From a virus (Duplodnaviria > Caudoviricetes), in IMG/VR virus record IMGVR_UViG_3300015607_000582, positions 78,929-142,928 of that record: a stretch of 64,000 nucleotides of DNA. The stretch is one strand, 5' to 3'. Position numbers and translations under genes: made by a program. Under the pieces are notes generated by a model, which searched no databases, was not told where the DNA came from, and worked only from the letters and a program-made list of their open reading frames with translations. Shown piece by piece: positions 54,481 through 64,000 of this stretch. The number at the start of each line of letters is the position of its first letter. Positions within the stretch are counted from its first letter, which is position 1.

Positions 54481-57113
54481 GCGCCAACCCCGCCCGTGTA
54501 GATGATCTTCGGCACCATCATGTTCGGCGAGATCACGTTATGAACGCTCGCTGCGCTGGAGCCGCTGATGGCGTGCGTGTGCGCCGACTGGTACCCGCCA
54601 CCGCCCCAAGCAGCGTTGAGGTAGTACGGATTCCACCCAAGGCTCAGGTCGGCGTTGTTGATCGACGCCAGTGTGAAGCGATTGGCTCCAGCACTGAAAC
54701 CTGCGCTGCCGCCAGTCGTCGCGCCAGTCCAGAACGAGTAGCCGGTCGATGAGCCATGCGAGTGCGCCACGTCAGTCACGCCGATGACATCGCCCGCATT
54801 GACCCACGAGGCATAGCCGCCGTCGCTGGTCACGGCCTTCTGTCCGCTCTCGCTCGTCGTGAGCAGGTGTGCCGCCTCGCCAGCGTACATGCCGAGCACA
54901 TTCGACCACTGGTGGTCGGTGATCGTGCGACTGGAGCCGCCCATGTTGCCGAGACCGATGGTGCCCAAGCGGCGCAGGTCGGGCACCTTGAACGTCGTGG
55001 AAACCGGCGTCCCAGTCGTGCCCGCGATCCCATGCGGTGCGTGTCGCAGGACGATGTTCGACCCATCGCTGGTGATGTTGACTGCACCGCCGCCCACCAC
55101 GACGCCAGTGGAGAGCGTGACACTGCGCGTGGTCGAGATCGTGATGTTGTTCGCGTCCACGACCGAGGCGACGTAGTATTGCGCGTTGGCCACGAGGCCC
55201 GCGCCGCCAGAGCCGATGGATTCGAGGAAGATGCTGTCACCGACCGCGAGGCCATGGGCGGTCGCGGTGATGCGGTCGTTGGATGCGGTTGCAGTCGCCG
55301 ACGACGTGATGACCGGACAGTAGCGCCCGAACAGGGTCGGGTAGTCGGTGCGACTGATGTCCTGACCGTACGCCGCGACGTGGTTGGGTGGGATCTGCGA
55401 CGCGGGGCCGCCGAAGTCGTACACCTTGCCGATGTTGAGTGAGTTGTACGTCGCCTGCCAGTCCGCGATAGCCTCGACGATGGCCGCCTGCACGTCGGTG
55501 GAGGCGATCCCGCTGGCCGGTGAGAACGAGATTGCCGACGCGGGGTGCGCAGCCGTGGGGTCGGCGAGGTGATCCGCAATCGCGTTGTCCAGCTCCTCGA
55601 ACACCGCCTGCACGTCCGTGCCGGTGCCGACGAGCGTCGAGCTGTCGACCGAGACTGCTGTCGCCGGGTGTGCGCCTGTGGGATCGGAGATGTGGTCGGT
55701 CAGGTCCGTGATGTCGATCAGCTCGACCCACGACGATCCGTCGCTGCGCTGAAGCTGTCCGACCGTCGTATCGAAGTAGAGGCCGCCAGCGGCGATGAGG
55801 GTGGCGGCGGGCTTCGAGCCAGTCACGCCTCGCCCGACGTAGTCCAGCGCCTGCCACGCCGTCGAGGTGGTGTTGACGGTGATGGTGCCGGTGGTCGTGA
55901 GCCGCCATCGCGTGCCCGCCCAGTCGCCGCGAGCGACGTCGAAGTGCATCCCCTCGAAGCCGTCGAGCGAGCTGTCGTACCAGCTCGGCCGCGTGAGCGC
56001 AGCCCCGGAGCCGTTGAACTGCCACGGGCCGTTCTGGGAGCCGGTCGACTGGCCGACGAGCAGCACGAACTCGCCGTCCCCAGCGTTGTCGACGACCGTC
56101 GTTCCGCCGAACGTGGACGTGCCGGGGTTCGAGGTGTTGATGTTCGACGTGTGGACTGCGACCACTCGTGTGAGGTTGCGCGGGGCGACAGCATCGTCGG
56201 CGAGCTTCTCGTCGGTGACACTTGCGTCTGCGAGCTTGCCAGTCGTGATCGCGCCGTCTGCGACAGACCCCGTCGCGATGGGGAGCGATGTCCACGCCGC
56301 CGCGTCGCTGTAGTACACGACCCCAGCCTGCGAGTCGACGTAGATGCCACCGTCTGCGACGAGTGCGATGGCCGGTCGAGACGCCGTGTTGCCAGCATCC
56401 ATGTAGCCGACCATCTGCCACACGGTCGAGGTGGTGTCGATGGTGATCGTGCCGGTCGTGAACTGACGCCACTTGCGGCCCGCGTAGGTGCCGCGAAGGG
56501 AGACGACCTCGAAGCCCTCGAAGGCATCGCCGGAGCCGTCGTACCACGATGGGCGGGTCATGGCGCTGCCGCTGCCGTTGAAGACCCACGGGCCGTTCTG
56601 ACTGGCCGTCGACTGGCTGGACAGCAGCACGACCTCGCCCGAGGCGGCCGTGGCTCCACCGAACGTCGACGTGCCCGGAGCAGCGGTGTTCACGTTCGCG
56701 TCGGCGACTGCAGCGACGCGGGCGAAGTTGCGAGGGGCGATGGCGTCGTCGGCCATCAGGGCGAACGTGACCGCGCCAGCGGCGATCTTCGCGGTCGTCA
56801 CGTTCGCGTTGAGGATCTTCGCGGTCGTCACCGCGTCGTCGGCGAGCTTGCCGGTCGTCACCGCGAGATCGTTGATCTTGCCGGTCGTCACCGCGAGATC
56901 GTTGATCTTGGCGGTCGTGACGGCGCTCGCCGCGATCTTGGCCGTGGTGACCGCGTCCGACGCAAGGGCAGCGGCGGCCACCGTCCCAGCCTGATAGACG
57001 TGGACGCCCGTCGTGTTGATGAACGTCTCGATGGCATCGAAGTCGGCCTGAACGTCTGCGCCGTCAGCCGTCTGGCCGTTGACGTAGGTGCCGGGAAGGT
57101 TGATGTTCGTCAC
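54477..57113 (-). CDS. Tail fibre protein with collar domain and internal duplication
   Basis: AVTTAKI repeats. Duplicated QNGPW module. Collar GQDISRTDYPTLF...TTFKVPDLR. C-terminal HSH/HTH motifs. Confidence 0.85.
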   Translation of the reverse strand: MTNINLPGTYVNGQTADGADVQADFDAIETFINTTGVHVYQAGTVAAAALASDAVTTAKIAASAVTTAKINDLAVTTGKINDLAVTTGKLADDAVTTAKILNANVTTAKIAAGAVTFALMADDAIAPRNFARVAAVADANVNTAAPGTSTFGGATAASGEVVLLSSQSTASQNGPWVFNGSGSAMTRPSWYDGSGDAFEGFEVVSLRGTYAGRKWRQFTTGTITIDTTSTVWQMVGYMDAGNTASRPAIALVADGGIYVDSQAGVVYYSDAAAWTSLPIATGSVADGAITTGKLADASVTDEKLADDAVAPRNLTRVVAVHTSNINTSNPGTSTFGGTTVVDNAGDGEFVLLVGQSTGSQNGPWQFNGSGAALTRPSWYDSSLDGFEGMHFDVARGDWAGTRWRLTTTGTITVNTTSTAWQALDYVGRGVTGSKPAATLIAAGGLYFDTTVGQLQRSDGSSWVELIDITDLTDHISDPTGAHPATAVSVDSSTLVGTGTDVQAVFEELDNAIADHLADPTAAHPASAISFSPASGIASTDVQAAIVEAIADWQATYNSLNIGKVYDFGGPASQIPPNHVAAYGQDISRTDYPTLFGRYCPVITSSATATASNDRITATAHGLAVGDSIFLESIGSGGAGLVANAQYYVASVVDANNITISTTRSVTLSTGVVVGGGAVNITSDGSNIVLRHAPHGIAGTTGTPVSTTFKVPDLRRLGTIGLGNMGGSSRTITDHQWSNVLGMYAGEAAHLLTTSESGQKAVTSDGGYASWVNAGDVIGVTDVAHSHGSSTGYSFWTGATTGGSAGFSAGANRFTLASINNADLSLGWNPYYLNAAWGGGGYQSAHTHAISGSSAASVHNVISPNMMVPKIIYTGGVGA
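56761..56960 (-). repeat. 30-bp period tandem repeat encoding (x-AVTTxKI-x)n
   Basis: Two identical units ccggtcgtcaccgcgagatcgttgatcttg (56851-56910) plus degenerate flanking units. Confidence 0.85.
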
Positions 57114-57133
57114 GCTGGCTCCAAGGCTCTGGG

Positions 57134-57146
57134 TTCACCCATTAGG
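57134..57146 (-). promoter_or_regulatory. Class B (putative late) promoter
   Basis: CCTAA-TGGG-TGAA, intergenic before the tail fibre. Confidence 0.65.
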
Positions 57147-57153
57147 CGGTGGC

Positions 57154-57636
57154 TCATGTCAACGTCGTGTACTTCCACACGCCGCCCACACGGACGTAGA
57201 GGCGGTCGCTGCCCTCGTCCACGACGATCAGTCCGTCGACTGCCCCGCCGGGAAAGTCATCATCGGATGGCGCAGTGCCACTGACCATGGTGGCCAGCCC
57301 ATCGGCGACGACCATGCCCATCACGTCGACGCTGCCTCCGGGGTTGAGGTGAATGTCCCCGGTTGTCTGGATGCGGATGTCACCCTGCCCCAGCTCGTCG
57401 ATGTTGGTGACCTCATCAGGGTCGTTGATCCGCGAACCGAGGTGCCACTGGAACCCGACGCGCGTTGCCGTCCAGTGCTCGTTGACGACGGGGATCTGCA
57501 GGAACGCCCCGGTTGCGCGGAACGTGATCTGATACGCGCCGCCGAGGCGATCCTTGACGTGGATGATGCGGTTGGCGAGGTCGACGTCCTGAATCTGGAC
57601 GGTGATGATGTCGCCGTTCTGTGGGGTGACGGCCAT
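57154..57636 (-). CDS. Baseplate spike (gpV-like OB-fold) candidate
   Basis: Follows the hub. N-terminal OB-like IPVVNEHW segment followed by beta-rich repeats. Confidence 0.5.
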   Translation of the reverse strand: MAVTPQNGDIITVQIQDVDLANRIIHVKDRLGGAYQITFRATGAFLQIPVVNEHWTATRVGFQWHLGSRINDPDEVTNIDELGQGDIRIQTTGDIHLNPGGSVDVMGMVVADGLATMVSGTAPSDDDFPGGAVDGLIVVDEGSDRLYVRVGGVWKYTTLT

Positions 57637-60389
57637 CAGCCCGCGCCCCCCACCGTGTTGATGCCACCAGCGATCACCATGCCCGGCAGGTTCGACGGGT
57701 CAGTCTGGTTCGGGTTGCGAGGGTCGTAGATCGCGGCGGGTGCGGTCAGCGTCGCGCTCGTGCTGAAGCCGCTCTCGTACGAGAACTCGTGGCGCACCTG
57801 CTTGCAGTACATCTGCAGACCGTGCTCGCGGAACCCGATGATCCCGCCCGCCATGACCTCGGGCTGGAATGTGAACTCGACGCGCGTGTCGTAGGTCGCT
57901 GCCCACTGCTGCATGAACCGCTGCCACGCCATCAGGAACTCGTACCACGGGTTCTTGATGATCGGGTTCTCCTCCTTGAGCGGGCGCATGCCGTGCTTGT
58001 TGAGGAAGTCCCTCGCCTTCGTCGCGTCGAAGGCCGTGCGTCGACTCGAAGCCTGACCGTCCGCTGGGGTCGTCAGCACTCCCGGCACCATGAAGGCGTT
58101 CAGCAGCTCCACATCGAACACGGACACGACGCCGCGACTCAGGACTCGCTCGATGAGGTCGATGCTTCCATTGAATGTGGGGCCGACAGTGTCACCCGTC
58201 ACGTAGACGTGCGTGGCGAGCGGCCCGTCGGTGAGCTGGATGCCCATGTTGATGATCTCGATCTCGCGCACGTACCAGTACGGGCCGCGCCGAGCGCCGA
58301 AGTAGTCCGGGTAGTAGGCGCAGAGGCGGCCGTTCGGCAGCGACATGAAGTTGCGCATCGACCCCTGCGCGAGCTGCTTCGCCGCATCGAGGCACGAGAT
58401 GTCGTTCATCAGGGCGCGATTGTTGGTCAGCAGCGTTGAGCCCGCCACCCCATCGGCAGCGGCGAATGTGTACTGCGCCTGCAGGGCGGCCACGGTCGAG
58501 AACTGTCCGAGCTGCTGGAACGAGAAGCCGTCGTTCGACAGGACGTTGTCCTCGGTGTTGACTTCGGTCGGCAGCCCGACCCACGAGGGCGGCGGGTCGA
58601 CCGTCTCCTTGGTCATGACGATGCGGATCGAGTTCGTTTTCAGCAGCCGGGTGCCACTGTCCGTGGAGCTGCTCTCGACACCCTCACGCATCAGGTAGCG
58701 GAAGGCGAGGTCGTCTGCGCTCATCGTCACCGAGGACACCTCCTCGTGCCCCCGGAACTTGCGATACAGCTCGACGAGGGCGCCCTCGTGCCACCCTTGC
58801 CCGGTGGGCCTGTCTTCGTTCTCGCCGTCTCGCCGGAGATGAATGTCGCCGGTGAGGTAGAGGCTCTCCTTGTGGATGCCGGTCGGGTACGTCAGCTTGA
58901 CATCCTCGCCCAGCGTATTCTTCGCGAAGTACAGGTACGGGATCAGGCTCTTGTGGTGCGACTGGTACCTCGCAAGCGCCTGCTTCTCGCTTTCGTCGAA
59001 GTTGAGTTCCAACAGCTCGGGGCTGTCCCACTCAAGTGCGAGCGGCTCTCGCTCAGTGGTCTCGGAAGTTGGCTGCGCCACGGCCTCCCCACCCACGACA
59101 GCCCGGATGTACCGATTGGCTTCGTCGAAGGCGCGCACTGCCGTGTCGTCGTTGACGCCGAGGCCCATCTCGACCATGGTCTGCGCTGCGAAGCGAGAGT
59201 CCGTCTCCAGCTTGTTTGTGACCAGTGCCCAGTTCTCGGCCGTCGGCCCGTCCGGGTAGTAGTGCGAAATCGCCTTGTTGAACTTCGCCTTGAACACCTG
59301 CATCGACAGGTTGATGCTGCCGACGTACGCCGACGGGTCTCGTCCGTAGATCGTGTCGAGGTACCCCTCGCCGTCGCCAAGCTCAAACTGTGGGTTCCCG
59401 AACACCCCCCCTTCCCAGTTCATGTCGTCGCCATCGGATGCGAAGTCCGGCTGCAAACGGAAGAGGCCGACGCCGAACCCATCGGGCCCGGCACTCACGC
59501 CCTTCTGGTAGCTCGGGTTCAGGGCACTGCGGGCGACGCCAGCCATGACGGCAAACTGGAGCGGAATGCGTGATGTGCCGAGGCTCTTCTGAATGGCTCG
59601 CACTCGCCGTGTGATGGTCGCATTGACCGTACCGTCTGCCCGGACGCCACCCACCTCGGCGGCGTCGATGGCGTCGATGCCGATGAAGCGACGCATGACC
59701 TCCTTGTAGGCGTCCATGTCGTCGCGCAGCATGTCGAGCTGGTCTTCGCGCAGGTCTGACGCCTTCTGGATCAGTGTCGGATCCAGCTCGCCCACCATCA
59801 CCATCCGCTGATCCCAGTCCGCGACCTCGGTCAGGAACTGGAAGAGGAACCCCGACATGCCACCGTCGAGAGGTGCCTGTGCGGTCGGGTCGTTCGGGTC
59901 GGTGTAGATTTCCGGCACGTAGCCCTGACCGGAGTCGGGGTTGTATGTCCAGCCGCGCTGACTGGCCATGTTCATGAAGAACGCCGAGCCGGGATCGAAC
60001 CACGAATACGCGAGCCGCTTCATGGTGCAGCTCGCCTCGATCCGGCAGTCGCCGGGGTACATCTGCCACCCCGGCACGCTGTCGAGATAGCCGGTGAAGA
60101 CCTGCACGGGCTGCCCCGGCAGGCGCTGCAGCCAGATCGTGATGAGGTCGTCCCACTGGAAGACTTGCGTCCCCTTGGGGATCCTTCGGCCGTCGACCTC
60201 GGCGTCGGCAAGGGTCCTGATGTACTTGCGCCCGCTGTTGCGCAGCACCAGCTCGGCCTTCGACATGTCGTTGTCGAGGCGGTCGACCCAGCCGGAAACG
60301 ATGTCGTCGCTGACGTCGATGATCTTGTTCAGGTTCGACGAGTAGATGAACGCGAAGGCTCGGGGTGCGTAGACGAGGCGCTTTACCAT
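57636..60389 (-). CDS. Baseplate hub-like protein with inserted lysozyme-like domain
   Basis: KRLVYAP, DVSDDI, QVFTGYL, FMSLPNG..A.YPDYFG, FQPEV..GG.I. Confidence 0.7.
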   Translation of the reverse strand: MVKRLVYAPRAFAFIYSSNLNKIIDVSDDIVSGWVDRLDNDMSKAELVLRNSGRKYIRTLADAEVDGRRIPKGTQVFQWDDLITIWLQRLPGQPVQVFTGYLDSVPGWQMYPGDCRIEASCTMKRLAYSWFDPGSAFFMNMASQRGWTYNPDSGQGYVPEIYTDPNDPTAQAPLDGGMSGFLFQFLTEVADWDQRMVMVGELDPTLIQKASDLREDQLDMLRDDMDAYKEVMRRFIGIDAIDAAEVGGVRADGTVNATITRRVRAIQKSLGTSRIPLQFAVMAGVARSALNPSYQKGVSAGPDGFGVGLFRLQPDFASDGDDMNWEGGVFGNPQFELGDGEGYLDTIYGRDPSAYVGSINLSMQVFKAKFNKAISHYYPDGPTAENWALVTNKLETDSRFAAQTMVEMGLGVNDDTAVRAFDEANRYIRAVVGGEAVAQPTSETTEREPLALEWDSPELLELNFDESEKQALARYQSHHKSLIPYLYFAKNTLGEDVKLTYPTGIHKESLYLTGDIHLRRDGENEDRPTGQGWHEGALVELYRKFRGHEEVSSVTMSADDLAFRYLMREGVESSSTDSGTRLLKTNSIRIVMTKETVDPPPSWVGLPTEVNTEDNVLSNDGFSFQQLGQFSTVAALQAQYTFAAADGVAGSTLLTNNRALMNDISCLDAAKQLAQGSMRNFMSLPNGRLCAYYPDYFGARRGPYWYVREIEIINMGIQLTDGPLATHVYVTGDTVGPTFNGSIDLIERVLSRGVVSVFDVELLNAFMVPGVLTTPADGQASSRRTAFDATKARDFLNKHGMRPLKEENPIIKNPWYEFLMAWQRFMQQWAATYDTRVEFTFQPEVMAGGIIGFREHGLQMYCKQVRHEFSYESGFSTSATLTAPAAIYDPRNPNQTDPSNLPGMVIAGGINTVGGAG

Positions 60390-61261
60390 CAGTCACCTCC
60401 CGGCAGGATGTCAGTCGCAGAGTCGGCGAGGTTTTCGAGCCATTCGCCGAAGCTGTCAATCCCCGTCACGACGTCGTCAATCGTGTCGAGGATGGGATCC
60501 CAAGCATCTCCGCTGTTGAGCCCGCCATCGTCGGGCGGCTCGTACATCGAGCCGAGCGACGACGTGTACACGCCCAAGGCCGCCTGCACGTCGCGAGTGT
60601 CGTACGGAAGCCCACTGGCCTTGTCGTTCGTGATCTTCAGCCCCAGCTCGAACTCGGGCGCGAACTTGAATCGAGTCGCTCCTGCGCGCACCTCGGTGAT
60701 GACCCCGGAGACGCTGAAGGGCGGAAGCTGGTAGATGCCCTTGCGTGACCCGGTGAACTGGGCGCGCTTGGGCGGATCCGTGAAGCCGTCCCTGTCCGCG
60801 TCACCGGGAGGTTCGACCCATCGGTCTTCGGCGGTCGAGGGCAGCAGCATGAAGTCGACGCCTGCCGGGGCTGCGGCCCGCACCGACGGTGGCTGGAACT
60901 GGGCGGAGGAGATGCCGGAGCCGAAGATCGGATTGACGCCCGTGCCACGATTGAGGCCCAGCATGCCGTGCTGGTGGCGCTCGACGAACTCGACGATGCG
61001 GTCGTACTCGTACTGGTTGGCGCACTGGCCCTTGATGACGACGTTCTCCTGAACGAGGTGCTGCGGGTAGAAGGTGCGACGCGCCTGCGTCTGCGATGCG
61101 TTCCCGCGCAACGTCCACGCCGTCGACACGCCGGTCACGAACAGGTACAGCGTCTTCCCCGCGATGGGGTCGAACAGCTTCGCCGACGCGGTGTTCGCGT
61201 CAGCGGGTGCGTTCGGCAACTGGTTTGCGAAGCCATGCCCTGTTGCGCGGAACCCGGTCAT
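60389..61261 (-). CDS. Tail/baseplate protein
   Basis: Coupled ORF starting MTGFRATG in the tail operon. Confidence 0.65.
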   Translation of the reverse strand: MTGFRATGHGFANQLPNAPADANTASAKLFDPIAGKTLYLFVTGVSTAWTLRGNASQTQARRTFYPQHLVQENVVIKGQCANQYEYDRIVEFVERHQHGMLGLNRGTGVNPIFGSGISSAQFQPPSVRAAAPAGVDFMLLPSTAEDRWVEPPGDADRDGFTDPPKRAQFTGSRKGIYQLPPFSVSGVITEVRAGATRFKFAPEFELGLKITNDKASGLPYDTRDVQAALGVYTSSLGSMYEPPDDGGLNSGDAWDPILDTIDDVVTGIDSFGEWLENLADSATDILPGGD

Positions 61262-62976
61262 CCGTAGAACCTGCCCAAGACGTCCATCGGGTCGCCGACA
61301 TTCTTGTAGCCACCGGGGTGCCACTCGATGTGCAGGTGGTCGCCGAATGAGTGGCCCGTGTTGCCGACCGTGCCGAGCAGTTGGCCCATCTCGACCTTCT
61401 GGCCCTGACGCACCGCCACCGAGGTCAGGTGAGCGTAGATCCACTCGCCAGAGCTGGTCTCAAGGAATACATGATTGCCCCAGCCGCCGCCACAGCTCCT
61501 GTTGCCCACGGCGCATCCGGTGTGGGCGACGTTGATCGTGCCCGCCTGCACCGCGTACACCGGGGTGCCGCGCGGGGCGGGCAGGTCGAGGCCCTCGTGC
61601 CCACGCCCTGCGCCCAGACCGTCGCCAACGGAGGTCGCCGCGACGGGCTTCGCGACGCCGCCCTCGATGGCCGTGCTGCCCCCGGCGACTGCGGCGACGT
61701 CCTCCGCCTGCTCGATCAACTCACCGGCTCGACGCCACTGTCGCGCCCACGCCTGCCTGAAGTTCTCCTGATCTGAGGGGCTCTGCGTCAGCCCCTGCGC
61801 GTCGAAGACCCAGTTGAGCATCTTCTCCTTGTCGTTGACGTCATCGAGCCCGCGACCGTAGGCGCTGTCGGCGAACCATGCGGCGGCGTGTGCGATCTGG
61901 GAGCTGGCGGGGTAGTTCTCGGGGATCTCGGGGAAGAAGCCCCACGGAGACGGGATGCTCTTTCCCGCGATGGCGCGCTCTGCCGCCTTGACCTCGTCAC
62001 GGTACTGCTGCGGGCCGCCGCCGCCGCGCCCCGAGGACTGCGTCTGGAACAGGCCCATGTAGCCGAGGGTGTTGATGATGCTCGGATCGAGCGTGCTCGC
62101 GCTCTCGACGAGCGCAACGAAGACGCCGAGGCGACCGGGTACGCCCGCATCCTCGAACGTCGAGTTGATGAGCCCCACCGTCTGCAGCTCGGTGCTCGGC
62201 TCGCCCGTGTAGCCAGCCCCGGCGGTGTCGTCCTTGGGCGGTACCAGCCACTTGCTGCCGAAGATTTCCTCGTAGACGTCGTCCGGCTCGTCGGTGGCAC
62301 CCTCGGGGCGTCCGAACAGGTCGAACGCGCCGCGCACGAGCGATGCCAGCATCCTGTCGACCGTGTTCCCCTGCTCCTCGACGTCGTCGAGCGTGGGGAA
62401 ATACTCCTGCGCGAAGGCGGGGTCGAAGTGATTCTTCCAGTGGTCGAAGGCGTGCGGCGCGAGCAGCGAGCTGTTGGGCATCCCGATCTGGTGCTGCGCC
62501 ATCGTCCACTCGACGAGGCTGTTCGATGTTGACGACACGACCTCGGCCGTCAGGAACCACTCCGTGGCGACGAGCTTGTCGTCGAGCTGCCATGGACCGA
62601 ACTCGATGGGGATGATGTGGAAGGCCCAGCCGCGCTCGGCGTACTTGAACGTGATCGGCGTCTCGCGCCGGTTGCCCGTGCCGAGGGCCCGCATGACCTC
62701 CACGATCCATCGCTTGATCGACTCGTACTCCTGCCGCGACTGCGTGTTGCCGCTGATGCGGATCGGGCCGACTGACGCGCCGAGGATCTGGATGACCTCG
62801 CCGCCGTACGTCGACTGCACGTTGGTCTTCAACTCGTAGGCCCACTCGATGTTGTTCATGCCCGAGCGCAGCCGCAGGGGCGGCTTGTCGCCGAACTGGA
62901 GCGTGGGCGCAGCGGGGCCTGACGCCGCGATTGGCGCGTACAGGGTGCCCGACAGGATCTCCGGATCAGTGGGCAT
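61258..62976 (-). CDS. Tail-associated peptidoglycan hydrolase (tail domain, lytic transglycosylase-like, M23 peptidase)
   Basis: VALVES..DP..GLFQ. M23 motifs HEGLD, GWGN, YAHL, GNTG.S.GDHLH. Confidence 0.88.
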   Translation of the reverse strand: MPTDPEILSGTLYAPIAASGPAAPTLQFGDKPPLRLRSGMNNIEWAYELKTNVQSTYGGEVIQILGASVGPIRISGNTQSRQEYESIKRWIVEVMRALGTGNRRETPITFKYAERGWAFHIIPIEFGPWQLDDKLVATEWFLTAEVVSSTSNSLVEWTMAQHQIGMPNSSLLAPHAFDHWKNHFDPAFAQEYFPTLDDVEEQGNTVDRMLASLVRGAFDLFGRPEGATDEPDDVYEEIFGSKWLVPPKDDTAGAGYTGEPSTELQTVGLINSTFEDAGVPGRLGVFVALVESASTLDPSIINTLGYMGLFQTQSSGRGGGGPQQYRDEVKAAERAIAGKSIPSPWGFFPEIPENYPASSQIAHAAAWFADSAYGRGLDDVNDKEKMLNWVFDAQGLTQSPSDQENFRQAWARQWRRAGELIEQAEDVAAVAGGSTAIEGGVAKPVAATSVGDGLGAGRGHEGLDLPAPRGTPVYAVQAGTINVAHTGCAVGNRSCGGGWGNHVFLETSSGEWIYAHLTSVAVRQGQKVEMGQLLGTVGNTGHSFGDHLHIEWHPGGYKNVGDPMDVLGRFYG

Positions 62977-64000
62977 CAGGTGGCCGCATCCCATGCCTTG
63001 AGGCCGAGCCCTGCGGCGATGCCGACGCCGGGCACCGCGAAGCTCGCAACCTCAATGGCCGTGCGAGCGATCTGCTCCTCGCTGCTGCGCGGGCGACCGC
63101 TCTCCTTGTCGCCGCCGCCCATGAGCTTGACGAGGCGCTTCGCCTCGGGGGTGAGGTCGAGCTTCACGGACTTGTCCTTGACGCCGCCGGAGCCCGTGAT
63201 GATGTCGTTGAGCTTGCGCTCGCGCTCCTTCGCGCCCATGCCGCTGAACTCAGACAGGAACGACTTGTCTGTCTTGCTGAGCTTGCCGTCGGACTTGAGC
63301 AGGTCGCGCACGCGACTCTTGCTACCGAGGAATCCCTCCTTGTCGCGCAGCAACTCTTGCTCGTACCATTCGCTCTGGCGACCCTTCGACACCTTGCCCT
63401 CATCAAAGAGGACACCGATCTCATCGGGCGACATGCCGCCAAGCAGCTCAGACACCCCCGGCGAGGATGCCAGCATGCGAATCCTGCCCCGCTGCCTGAT
63501 GGCCTCGGGATCTCCCTTGTCGGCGGCGGCGGCGATTGCCTTGTAGTTTTCGATCCCCGGCAGGATCTGACGCGCCAGTCGCTTAGTCGACTCGATGTTG
63601 GGCGTCAGCTTGCTGCTCGCATTGTCGTACCGCGTGAAGACGTCCCCACCCCCCGCAGTGCCCATGCCCATGCTGCGGAACGTGGCCTCGCGTGACATCA
63701 GCGCGCCGCTCTGCTCTGGCGTCAGGCCGTATGCGGCTCCTACGCTGGTGATCCTCGTCCCCTCTGCTGCGCCGATGCCGAGCTGGCGGGACAGCGTCGC
63801 GGCCACCTGAGCAGTCGCCGAGCTGAACTCCTCGACTGACATGCCAGCGGCCGATGCCGCCGACGCCAGTCGGTCGAGGTTGCCCTCGACGTTCGGGAGC
63901 TGGTCTGGTCGGTAGCGTCGGGCGTGGTCGACGAACGCCTTGACCGTTGCCGCGCTGTGGCCCTGCTGCATCATGCGCTTCATGATGCCGTCGGGATCCT
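62976..64000 (-). CDS. Tape measure protein C-terminus (partial)
   Basis: Ala/Gly/Ser-rich helical ORF open at the window end, directly upstream of the tail hydrolase and baseplate genes. Confidence 0.7.
   Translation of the reverse strand, partial: DPDGIMKRMMQQGHSAATVKAFVDHARRYRPDQLPNVEGNLDRLASAASAAGMSVEEFSSATAQVAATLSRQLGIGAAEGTRITSVGAAYGLTPEQSGALMSREATFRSMGMGTAGGGDVFTRYDNASSKLTPNIESTKRLARQILPGIENYKAIAAAADKGDPEAIRQRGRIRMLASSPGVSELLGGMSPDEIGVLFDEGKVSKGRQSEWYEQELLRDKEGFLGSKSRVRDLLKSDGKLSKTDKSFLSEFSGMGAKERERKLNDIITGSGGVKDKSVKLDLTPEAKRLVKLMGGGDKESGRPRSSEEQIARTAIEVASFAVPGVGIAAGLGLKAWDAAT

Noticed and set aside
63575-63590. ACTAA inside the tape measure gene
   Set aside because: Lacks the TGAR half of the class B motif

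Overview
This window is a contiguous piece of a large, GC-rich, contractile-tailed (myovirus-type) dsDNA phage genome. An actinobacterial host is inferred from composition, leaderless starts and gene content. Almost all real genes are on the minus strand. In transcription order (right to left) they are: tape-measure C-terminus, tail/baseplate module (transglycosylase+M23, hub, spike-like protein, tail fibre, gp25-like, baseplate J, wedge proteins), two paralogous small virion proteins, a + strand SNF2-like helicase, a holin-like gene, and a replication/recombination operon (DnaC-like loader, DnaB, primase, SSB, HNH, DnaE, RecA, resolvases, Cas4-like nuclease). These are followed by packaging/head genes (TerL, portal, HNH), nucleotide-metabolism genes, three ~1000-aa multi-enzyme 'polyvalent' proteins, ThyX and a wHTH-RNase H fusion. 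The main findings are: (1) the three giant proteins look like virion-packaged effector polyproteins (HicA-like, GNAT, ADP-ribosyltransferase-like, ParB, nucleotidyltransferase, SWIM, PcfJ modules) with a recurring (K/R)-(T/V)-A-like motif at module borders, and one linker carries a fully nested out-of-frame gene; (2) two phage-specific promoter classes can be read from the DNA, GGTTCGTCCGAC-N8-TAnnnT (8 copies) and CCTAA-N4-TGAR (12 copies); (3) an HNH gene lies between a decayed copy and a live copy of the dnaE 5' end; (4) a shared RNA stem-loop motif occurs upstream of dnaE and in a promoter-driven non-coding segment. No tRNA, rRNA or CRISPR array was seen. All calls are by eye from motifs, and no database search or folding program was run.
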